Assembly: GCA_965224485.1 (NCBI GenBank)
Contig: CBDCZH010000019.1
Span: 1-64,000, forward strand
Length of the DNA: 64,000 nt
Source of the DNA: Arcobacteraceae bacterium
Lineage (GTDB): Bacteria > Campylobacterota > Campylobacteria > Campylobacterales > Arcobacteraceae
Reading direction: 5' to 3'
Shown one piece after another: positions 22,305-32,218 of this stretch. The stretch's first letter is position 1. Every line of letters starts with the position of its first letter. The notes below the pieces were generated by a model, which did not search any database, was not told the origin of the DNA, and was given only the letters and a program-made list of their open reading frames with translations. The position numbers and the translations under genes are program-made.

Positions 22305-22527
22305 TATAAAGAGTTCGTTAGAGTAGGAGTTTCTCCTACTCGATAATGTGTTACACCAAATTTAGACTTATAAAATTCGAACTAGATATTATCCGTTCTT
22401 GTTGCCACTCAAATTTAAAGTATAACTATTTAACTCACTATCAAGCTAGTTATTTTTATAACCGCTTTAGTTTTTCATCAATATATTATCTTTCAAACTC
22501 TTTGCAAATATACTATCATATTCACAT
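22305..22527 (-). ncRNA. Predicted IS110 bridge RNA (ends approximate)
   Basis: Guides in canonical order: LTG TGAAAAACT (22477-22469), RTG TAGTGAG (22440-22434), LDG GTGGCAAC (22408-22401), RDG TATAAG (22372-22367). Each pair flanks an internal stem; TATAAT at 22539-22534. Confidence 0.85.
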
Positions 22528-22859
22528 AATTTCATTATATAAGTTTCTCAGGGCAGAGAAGTAGGGGAAAACTTGTGCTCTTTAGCACAAGGAAAACTTC
22601 GCGCGTTAAAAATGTTAGTAAGGGAAGCTGAAAGCCTTCATCAACCGGCAGTCGCTTCTTTTGTTTCGTTTCTTTCGATAAAGAAATGAAAAAAGCGTGA
22701 AGGTTCACCTTTGTAAGAGTTTTAAAAGATAAGACTATATTAAAGTTCATTGAATTTTCCTATTCTTAGAACATAAACCTCAATATCTTTACTAAAATTT
22801 GTTGACTTTATAGACTTATATCTGAAAAGATAAACTTCTCTAAAGGTGTGTGGTTTATA

Positions 22860-23093
22860 TTAATGTACACTTATTTGCATATGTTCTCTAAGTAAGTTAT
22901 TAATTAGTGTTTGATAAGGAATCTTTTTTTAACTTGCTTCTTTTTTCAAAAAAATTAGAATATCATTATCTAATCTCATTGATGTAGGAACTTTTGTAGG
23001 TTTATAAAATCTTCCTCTAACTGCACCTTTAAAATCATAATTATCTTCTAGTTCATAATTATCTAATTCTTCTCTTTCTTTAGAATTTCTCAT
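22860..23093 (-). pseudogene. BrnA-like antitoxin with in-frame stop
   Basis: LEDNYDFKGAVRGRFYKPTKVPTSMRLDNDILIFLKKEAS*KKIPYQTLINNLLREHM; TAA at 22931-22929 interrupts the RHH region. Confidence 0.8.
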
Positions 23094-23304
23094 AACTTTG
23101 CCTTTCTTGTTTATTAGCTTTTCTAGCACTTATAATTCTAATAATTTCTTCACCTTCATCTGTAAAAAATAAATTAGCAACAACTAATATTTTGTGTGTT
23201 TTACTAGAACCAAGGGTTATCCATCTTTCTTCAAAATAAGAAAATCTTTTATCTAGTTTCGATATATGAAAAACATGCTTTTTTATATTAGTTTCATTAG
23301 TATT
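23080..23304 (-). pseudogene. BrnT-family toxin remnant
   Basis: NIKKH..EERWITLG...ILVVA...IIRIISARKANKQER. No start codon, internal segment after KKH missing; overlaps the antitoxin start. Confidence 0.8.
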
Positions 23305-23390
23305 TTATAAATAATACTAACATGATGTATTTATAATGTCAAGACAATTATTTATTAGTTTATGTCTTAAAGTAGTTTAAATAATGGGTG

Positions 23391-23561
23391 TTAAATAAAA
23401 TACTAAAATATCTCTTACAAAAGATAATTGGGCAAAGAAGAATACATTTATTAGTTTATATTTAAAATAGTTTTAACTAACTGGCTTTTGCTCTTGTAAA
23501 CTTCCAGTTCCCGCTTTCTTACTTTTACCTTTCAGGATTTAGTCACTTCGTTTCGGCAAGG
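23391..23561 (+). repeat. Structured repeat type A, copy 2 (truncated, in tandem with copy 3)
   Basis: Near-identical to 23569-23707, then ends in a short inserted hairpin module. Confidence 0.85.
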
Positions 23562-23568
23562 ATTAATA

Positions 23569-24033
23569 TTAAATGAAATACTAAAATATCTCTTAATAAA
23601 AGATAATTGGATAAATTTACAATGTATTTATTAGTTTATATATTAAAATAGTTTGAAATAACTGGCTTTTGCTCTTGTAAACTTTCAGTTCCCGCTTTCT
23701 TACTTTTGTATTGACAAAAAGTAAGCAAAAACAACTACGTTTCGGAGGCCTCCGGCTACCTAAAGTTTTTTTATTTTCTTGCTTAGCCCTAAAACTTACT
23801 AAAATATGCTCTACTCGTATAATTATTTGTACTAAAGAGTACAAATTACCATACTCCTATTTCTTAACGTGCAAACAGTTATGGCTGGGTTACGTAAAGA
23901 AATAAAAAAACTTACTCACAAGGTTTGCCTTGTGCTAAAGAGCACAAGTTTTCCCTGTTCCCCTTCAAATGTAGCAATCAACGGAATAATCTTTTGTCTG
24001 CTAACGCAGATATAGTTTGGATACATATTTATT
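23569..24033 (+). repeat. Structured repeat type A, copy 3 (with two nested hairpin inserts)
   Basis: Core from 23660 is collinear with copy 1; extra modules near 23811-23862 and 23914-23962. Confidence 0.85.
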
Positions 24034-24060
24034 TAAAGATGATTCTCTAGTAAACTCTAT

Positions 24061-24111
24061 CTTCCTCAAAAGCAGAAGAAGAGAAAGTAAGCAAAATGCC
24101 CGATATAAAAA
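24061..24111 (+). repeat. Structured repeat type B, terminal fragment
   Basis: CTTCCTCAAAAGCAG...AAGTAAGCAAAATGCCCGATATAAAAA resembles the reverse complement of 21131-21184. Confidence 0.75.
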
Positions 24112-24122
24112 CAGATTTATAA

Positions 24123-24412
24123 GTATGTATTCAAACCATATCTACGAAGTAGACAGATAATCTTTCCTTTAAATCTACATCTGCAAGAGCTAAATATTTT
24201 TTATTGATTTACGTAACCCAAAAATTTCTGTTTGAACGTGAAGAAAGATGCCCTCAGGCATGTTTTAGGAAGTTATATTTTTAAGTAAATCAATAAAAAA
24301 TATTTAGGTAGCCTTTAGGCCGATGAAGCTGTAGCCAATTTCTTGTTTCTTCTTTTTGGCAAAAGAAGAAAGGAGCGGGAACTGGAAGGTTACAAGAGCA
24401 AAAGCCAGTTAT
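24123..24412 (-). repeat. Structured repeat type A, copy 4 (inverted)
   Basis: Ends AGCGGGAACTGGAAGGTTACAAGAGCAAAAGCCAGTT, the reverse complement of the family start; begins with the reverse terminal hairpin ATCTACGAAGTAGAC. Confidence 0.85.
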
Positions 24413-24473
24413 TTCAATGTACTTTAAATCATAAGCTAATAATTAAAAAGACAAATCTTCTCACTTCTTTCTT

Positions 24474-24780
24474 TTTTGTGACACAAACTGTGACATCTTT
24501 CTTGTATACTATTATTAAAATAAAAATTTAAACTTTAATTTAGTTTTAAAAAGGACATTATGTTCTTTTAGCACAAAATTTAACAATTAGTAGACATTTC
24601 TGTCCAAATAGCAAGTATTTTAGTTTTAAATGGACATCAATTTCAATGAAATTTATTGAAAAAAGAACAAATATTAAAGATTGAACTGTTTTTAATTATT
24701 AGAGGTACATAAATAATGTCTATTAATACTGGATATTTGTGTTAATAGGTATAAAGTGTTCCATGAATAAATAGTTATCA
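24474..24780 (+). promoter_or_regulatory. Promoter + attI-like platform 2
   Basis: Same 22-mer plus N9-TATACT as platform 1. Ends AATAAATAG|TTATCA, and GTTATCA complements the downstream attC R'' box AGATAAC at 6/7. Confidence 0.6.
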
Positions 24781-24816
24781 TAAATACTAATCAATATAGA
24801 ATAAATAAGGAAGTAA

Positions 24817-26025
24817 ATGAAACATTATCAAGATACAATTACCGGTCAATTGTATGCTTTTAACGAACGTGTTAATGTTGAAAACTTGATACAAACAAGA
24901 AGAAATATGCCAAAAACTTTGACAGATAAAGTCAAAGAAAAACCTGGTGATAGTCATGTTTGGTATAAAGGAGATTGGATTTATGAAAAAGACAAACCGA
25001 TAGATTACAAAGAGCCTATTTCTAAAATACCTAGCTATGATCCAGCTTGGATAGTTTTTCTTTTTGAACCACTCGTAGTCATTTCAAAAAATAAAGACGA
25101 TTTTGTTGTCACTCTAGATGAAATAAATACCAATTTATACGATACAAGAATACTATCAAAGTTTGTTACAAAACTAAAAAATCATGATGAAAACTTGCAA
25201 TTAGATATTTTAGTAACTTTTGATGGTTCGATTATCTTGCCAGTAAATGAAAACTATAATACACCTGAAAAAGCTATAAACAAATTCAATGAAATAATAG
25301 GAGCTTTATTTCTAGGTGGTATTTTAGTAAAACCCATTGATTTAACTAAACTACATCAAGGTTGCATAATAGAAAATGGGGGTTCGAATTTTTCTTACAC
25401 GCCATCCCCAAATAATGATTTTAGAAATAAGTCTTCAAGTATTACAGAAAGAATAAAAGCACATCATCCAAATCATATACAAGTAGAAGATTTTACAGAA
25501 GCTTATAATTTTGGTATAGAGATAATCAAGAAAGTTAATTTTTCACCTATTTTTTTAGCATTAGGCTATCATTATTTAAATCAAGGGAAAGTAGCTGAAA
25601 CTTTAAGTAACTTATGGATTGGGATAGAACAGTTAACAGACTTTTTATATCAAAATAAAATAGATACTTCTATATCAAAGATTATGAAAAGAGTTTTGCC
25701 AAATAAAATAAATATAGAAACAAAGCATGTAATTTTACATGAAACTAAAATAATAAGTGAACAAACATTTCAAATTTTATTGATAAATAGAAGAGATAGA
25801 AATAAACTTTTACATGATGGTATAATACCAAATAGAGACAATGTAATAAAACTTTGGTCAGTCTTATTAGACTTGCTTGAAGTATCAATAGACATTAAAC
25901 TTGAAAAACTGCTAGAAAGTTCTAGAATAATATTAAATAGAAATTTAGAAAGTCATATAAAAGATATAACTCCTAAAAAAACTAATTTTGAACAATGGAA
26001 AGTAGATGCCCAAAGTCTTATCTAA
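24817..26025 (+). CDS. HEPN-domain protein (putative defence RNase) with phage-tail-assembly-like N-terminus; cassette gene
   Basis: LWIGIEQL helix and RNKLLH (Rx4H) HEPN motif; N-terminus MKHYQDTITGQLYAF; followed by attC. Confidence 0.6.
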   Translation: MKHYQDTITGQLYAFNERVNVENLIQTRRNMPKTLTDKVKEKPGDSHVWYKGDWIYEKDKPIDYKEPISKIPSYDPAWIVFLFEPLVVISKNKDDFVVTLDEINTNLYDTRILSKFVTKLKNHDENLQLDILVTFDGSIILPVNENYNTPEKAINKFNEIIGALFLGGILVKPIDLTKLHQGCIIENGGSNFSYTPSPNNDFRNKSSSITERIKAHHPNHIQVEDFTEAYNFGIEIIKKVNFSPIFLALGYHYLNQGKVAETLSNLWIGIEQLTDFLYQNKIDTSISKIMKRVLPNKINIETKHVILHETKIISEQTFQILLINRRDRNKLLHDGIIPNRDNVIKLWSVLLDLLEVSIDIKLEKLLESSRIILNRNLESHIKDITPKKTNFEQWKVDAQSLI

Positions 26026-26045
26026 ATTTTAGAGGTAGAGATGCA

Positions 26046-26114
26046 AGATAACAAGTCAGTGAAGCCAATAAATTACCTTGCGGATAATTTAATGGCTCAC
26101 TTTAAACGTTAGGC
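26046..26114 (+). mobile_element. Integron attC site (69 bp)
   Basis: R'' AGATAAC, 5-nt spacer, L'' AGTGAAG with one extra base, central palindrome AAATTACC-TTGC-GGATAATTT, L' CTCACT, R' GTTAGGC. Confidence 0.8.
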
Positions 26115-26226
26115 TCCACTTTAAAATCAGATTTTATTTATTAAATTAATTTTTGTCGTAATTTTTTTACGGTTAATTTAGTTTATGTATGTTAATATTC
26201 AGTTATAAAATTAAAAAGAGTAAAAA

Positions 26227-27339
26227 ATGTTAACAAAAATAGAAATAAGTAATTTTAAAAGTTTTAATGAAGTTTTTAAGTTTGACTTAAGTGATACTAA
26301 TTCTTTTGCATTTAATGATAATTGTATTAAAAATAATATTGTAAATAAGGCAATTATATATGGAAAGAATGGTTGTGGAAAATCAAATTTAGCACTTGCA
26401 ATTTTTGATATAATTTCTCATGTAAGTGACAAAAAATTTGCACCGGAAAGATATGCAAACTATTCCAATGCAAATAATGACAATGATACTACTAATTTTA
26501 AATTTGAGTTTAAATTTGATGATGATGTAATAACTTATGAATATTCTAAAACAAACAACGAGCTATTAGTTAAAGAAAAATTAATAATTAATCATAATGA
26601 ATTTATATCTATTGATAGAAATAATAATTATATTTTAAAAACAAATGCAAAAGGAACTGAAAGTTTAAATAAAGATTTATCTAATAATAATATATCAATA
26701 GTGAAATATATTCATGCTAATTCTGTTTTAGAAGATAATACAGATAATCAAGCTTTTAAAAAACTTATAAACTTTATTAATCATATGTTATTGTTTAGAA
26801 ACTTAGACGATAGGTTTTATATTGGTTTAGAACAAGGTAGTCATGCAATTGAAGAAGATATCATTGAACATAATAATTTAAAAGATTTTGAAACATTTTT
26901 AAATGATGCAGGCATAAATTGTAAATTAATAAAAAGAGATAATAATCTTCAAAAGGGTATAGATTTTCAATTTGAAAATAATAATATTCCATTCTTTGAA
27001 ATAGCTTCTTCAGGAACTGTATCTTTGACTTTATTTTATTTTTGGTATCAAAGATTAAAACAAAAAGAACATTGTTCATTTTTATTTATTGATGAATTTG
27101 ATGCTTTTTATCATCATTCTTTATCAAGAATAATAATTGAAAGATTAAAAGAAGTTACTTCGACACAGGTTATTCTAACAACACATAATACATCTATAAT
27201 TTCTAATGACTTACTTAGACCTGATTGTTACTTTTTAATGGATGAAAAACAAATAAGACCATTAACAAAATGTACAGATAGAGAATTAAGAGAGGGACAT
27301 AACATAGAGAAAATGTATAGGGCTAATTCGTTTGAGTAA
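26227..27339 (+). CDS. AAA_21/ABC-like ATPase (RloA-like)
   Basis: GKNGCGKS Walker A, ASSGT signature, FIDEFD Walker B, TTHN H-loop. Confidence 0.85.
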   Translation: MLTKIEISNFKSFNEVFKFDLSDTNSFAFNDNCIKNNIVNKAIIYGKNGCGKSNLALAIFDIISHVSDKKFAPERYANYSNANNDNDTTNFKFEFKFDDDVITYEYSKTNNELLVKEKLIINHNEFISIDRNNNYILKTNAKGTESLNKDLSNNNISIVKYIHANSVLEDNTDNQAFKKLINFINHMLLFRNLDDRFYIGLEQGSHAIEEDIIEHNNLKDFETFLNDAGINCKLIKRDNNLQKGIDFQFENNNIPFFEIASSGTVSLTLFYFWYQRLKQKEHCSFLFIDEFDAFYHHSLSRIIIERLKEVTSTQVILTTHNTSIISNDLLRPDCYFLMDEKQIRPLTKCTDRELREGHNIEKMYRANSFE

Positions 27340-28069
27340 AAACAACTATATCTTAATGGTTTTTGAAGGTGAAAAAACTGAAAAGCTCATATTTGATAGT
27401 TTAAAAGAACATTTTTTGAAAAATAAAACCAATAGAATAATCTATAGTTTTCATTGTGGAGAAATATATAGTTTATTCAATAAGTTACAAAATAGTGATG
27501 ATGAAAGTTTATTTTTCATATTAAAAGATAAATTACAAGCAAAAAATCCTGAATTAAGAGATATAGTTGAAGAGTACGTTGAATCTATATATTTATTCTT
27601 TGATTATGACAATCATGCACCTACAGCTGATGATAATAAAATTCAAAATATGCTAGGGACTTTTAATGATGAATTTGATAATGGTAAATTATTTATAAGT
27701 TATCCAATGGTTGAAGCTATTAAACATTTACAAAAAGATATTGATTTTAAAACAACAACAGCTATTTCAGAAAAGCAGTACAAAACAATAGCCAGAAATA
27801 ACTGCGATAGTAATTTAAAAGAGTTTGGTGAATCAAAGTTTAATAATATATCAAAAGAAAATTGGGATTATCTAATTAATGAGCATTGTAAAAAAGCTAA
27901 CTATATTGTAAATAACAGTTTTGAATTTCCAAATAATATTATAGAACAAATTAAAATATTTGAAAGCCAAAAAGAAAAATATATAAATTATAATGATAAA
28001 GTTGCTGTTTTAAGTGCATTTCCTTTATTTTTATTAGATTATCTTGGGGTGAATAAGCTTAAAGACTAA
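27332..28069 (+). CDS. RloB/TOPRIM-like partner of the AAA ATPase
   Basis: VFEGEKTE, LFFDYD and ISYPMVE match the RloB/TOPRIM acidic pattern; 8-nt overlap with the ATPase. Confidence 0.55.
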   Translation: MSKNNYILMVFEGEKTEKLIFDSLKEHFLKNKTNRIIYSFHCGEIYSLFNKLQNSDDESLFFILKDKLQAKNPELRDIVEEYVESIYLFFDYDNHAPTADDNKIQNMLGTFNDEFDNGKLFISYPMVEAIKHLQKDIDFKTTTAISEKQYKTIARNNCDSNLKEFGESKFNNISKENWDYLINEHCKKANYIVNNSFEFPNNIIEQIKIFESQKEKYINYNDKVAVLSAFPLFLLDYLGVNKLKD

Positions 28070-28082
28070 CAAATTATTGGAG
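28064..28082 (+). mobile_element. Truncated attC (R''/L'' half only)
   Basis: GACTAAC-AAATT-ATTGGAG overlaps the stop codon. GACTAAC complements the GTTAGGC that opens this cassette at 6/7. No right half is visible. Confidence 0.55.
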
Positions 28083-28119
28083 TTAACAAGGTAGGAATGA
28101 GAATATCAAATATATTTTG

Positions 28120-28167
28120 TTTTTTATAATCTTTTTGAAAAGTTTTTGTTCTAAAAAGTTTTAACAT
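28120..28167 (-). pseudogene. YafQ/RelE-like toxin N-terminal remnant
   Basis: MLKLFRTKTFQKDYKK is coupled by TAATG to the antitoxin stop; similarity is lost after about 16 codons. Confidence 0.65.
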
Positions 28168-28409
28168 TATTTTTTAAAATCATCCAGAGATATTATCTCC
28201 CCTTCATTATTCTTTGCTTCATTCATTGCATTTACTGTTGTTTCATTAGGAATTTTTAAGTCAAAAGGAATACCTCTTTCTCTTTGTACTTTTTTTAAAA
28301 ATATATTAATAGCTTGTGAATTATTAATACCAATATCTTTAAAAATTTCTTCAACATCTTTTTTTAAATTACTATCAATTCTAGCTCTTACTGTTGCATC
28401 TAAAGACAT
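28167..28409 (-). CDS. RelB/DinJ-family antitoxin
   Basis: VRARIDSNLK..VEEIF..IGI..SQAINIFL....RGIPFDLKIPNETT. Confidence 0.9.
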   Translation of the reverse strand: MSLDATVRARIDSNLKKDVEEIFKDIGINNSQAINIFLKKVQRERGIPFDLKIPNETTVNAMNEAKNNEGEIISLDDFKK

Positions 28410-28430
28410 TATAAATCCTTTTTTTATTTA

Positions 28431-28452
28431 TTGTAGCACTAAATGGCTACAA
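28431..28452. promoter_or_regulatory. Putative toxin-antitoxin autorepression operator
   Basis: TTGTAGC-N8-GCTACAA perfect inverted repeat just upstream of the antitoxin. Confidence 0.6.
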
Positions 28453-28559
28453 AGTCACAATTTACTATTATTAAAAATTAGTATCTAGATAAGTATATGA
28501 CAGCAGAAGATTTATTTAAAATCCGAGGGAACCTTACTTAATTGTAAAAAATTTATTTT

Positions 28560-28895
28560 TTAAACTATTAGACTCATTAAATTTGGTTTCTGCTCATTTT
28601 TATTTCTGCTTTTTTTAAAACCTAGTTTTGTATAAAATGCTATTAGTTCATGAAGTTTTAGACCACTTGTATCTAAAGGAAGAGGATTTAATTCTATGTG
28701 TTTTATTGCTGTGTTTTTTATATATGATAAAATTTTTATCATAATACTTGAAGCTAGATGTTTATGCCTATGTTCTGGAACAACTTTTAGTAGTTCTATA
28801 TAAGCATATTTTGTACTCTCATTTATTCTTATATTTGCAAATGCTTTGTTATTATCATTAAAATATATTCTGTTATTTATTATTTCTATACTCAT
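28560..28895 (-). CDS. GNAT-family acetyltransferase
   Basis: LKVVPEHRHKHLAS (motif A-like) and FYTKLGF. Confidence 0.7.
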   Translation of the reverse strand: MSIEIINNRIYFNDNNKAFANIRINESTKYAYIELLKVVPEHRHKHLASSIMIKILSYIKNTAIKHIELNPLPLDTSGLKLHELIAFYTKLGFKKSRNKNEQKPNLMSLIV

Positions 28896-28972
28896 AAATT
28901 ATTATATCATAATAAATAATCTTTTTATTCAATAAATAATATTAAAAGACTTGATTAAGTTTTATTTAACTC

Positions 28973-29320
28973 TTAATTCATTTTTGATTTTGCTAGATTT
29001 ATATCATTCATATACTTATAAATCATAAAATCATACATAGAAGTACCAGAATTCTTTTTAAAAAACAGTGTCATTTCTATAAGTCTATAATTCATTCTAA
29101 AAAAAGCTGTAAAAGGAATTGCGTACGAAAGAAGTGTTTCTACTTTTCTATTTGGATAATACTTATCAAACTCTAATTTTAACTCATTTAATTTTTCACT
29201 TTGTTCTTGTAGTTCCATTGCATCTTTTGACTTAATCACATTAAAAGCTAATAAAATATTAATTACAAACATTAAAGCGTTTAAATTCCAACCAAAAACA
29301 AAAATATCTAAATATGTCAT
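28973..29320 (-). CDS. Hypothetical membrane protein
   Basis: 115-aa ORF with AGGA RBS and hydrophobic N-terminus. Confidence 0.6.
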   Translation of the reverse strand: MTYLDIFVFGWNLNALMFVINILLAFNVIKSKDAMELQEQSEKLNELKLEFDKYYPNRKVETLLSYAIPFTAFFRMNYRLIEMTLFFKKNSGTSMYDFMIYKYMNDINLAKSKMN

Positions 29321-29390
29321 ATACCATCCTACTTTATAAAAAAAGATTATATCAAATTGCTTATTAGTTATATATTGATATAATTACAAA

Positions 29391-32067
<2,677 letters not shown>

Positions 32068-32218
32068 TATCTCTTACTGATATAAGTCAAAAATGTTACT
32101 TTTTTATCTATATTCTTTAAGTCCTAAGAATAATCTTAAGAATTAGATAAAAAAATACTTAGATTTGTTCTATACTTATTTAAATTAAAGTAAAAAGCAA
32201 AAAAATAAAGGCCACAAA

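Larger units (their letters stand above)
21264..22543 (-). mobile_element. IS110-family insertion sequence (IS621-like layout), complete; 1280 bp including both CT cores
   Basis: On the minus strand the left junction is TGAGAAA-CT-TATAT and the right junction GTGGCAA-CT-CACTA. Long left and short right non-coding ends; imperfect subterminal IR ATATAATGAAAT/ATATAATAAAGT. Confidence 0.9.
21131..22730 (-). repeat. Structured repeat type B, interrupted by IS110 (21131-21263 and 22544-about 22730)
   Basis: Same module order as type A copy 4 (TGTGTGAAC..hairpin..GAGTT, then TTTGTTTCGTTTCTTT..AAAGAAATG). Its end matches 24061-24111 in reverse. Confidence 0.7.

Noticed and set aside
22321..22341. 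GAGAAACT in the 3' hairpin as a bridge RNA target guide
   Set aside because: It matches the left target but is locked in a 9-bp stem and out of canonical order; TGAAAAACT at 22477-22469 fits the LTG position.
21264..22543. IS1111-type organisation
   Set aside because: Short subterminal inverted repeats exist, but the long non-coding end is upstream of the transposase, as in IS110/IS621.
19988..24412. CRISPR array
   Set aside because: The repeats are long, irregularly spaced, in both orientations and lack unique equal-length spacers; no cas genes are present.
22346..24531. Short ORFs 22346-22564, 22535-22750, 23617-23844, 23711-23905 and 24343-24531
   Set aside because: They lie within the bridge RNA or the structured repeats, have no recognisable motifs and are not conserved in frame between repeat copies.
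18454..28500. Island integrated at tRNA-Val, or a prophage
   Set aside because: I found no integrase, no duplicated tRNA 3' end and no phage structural genes, and a YheT hydrolase gene separates the tRNA from the island.
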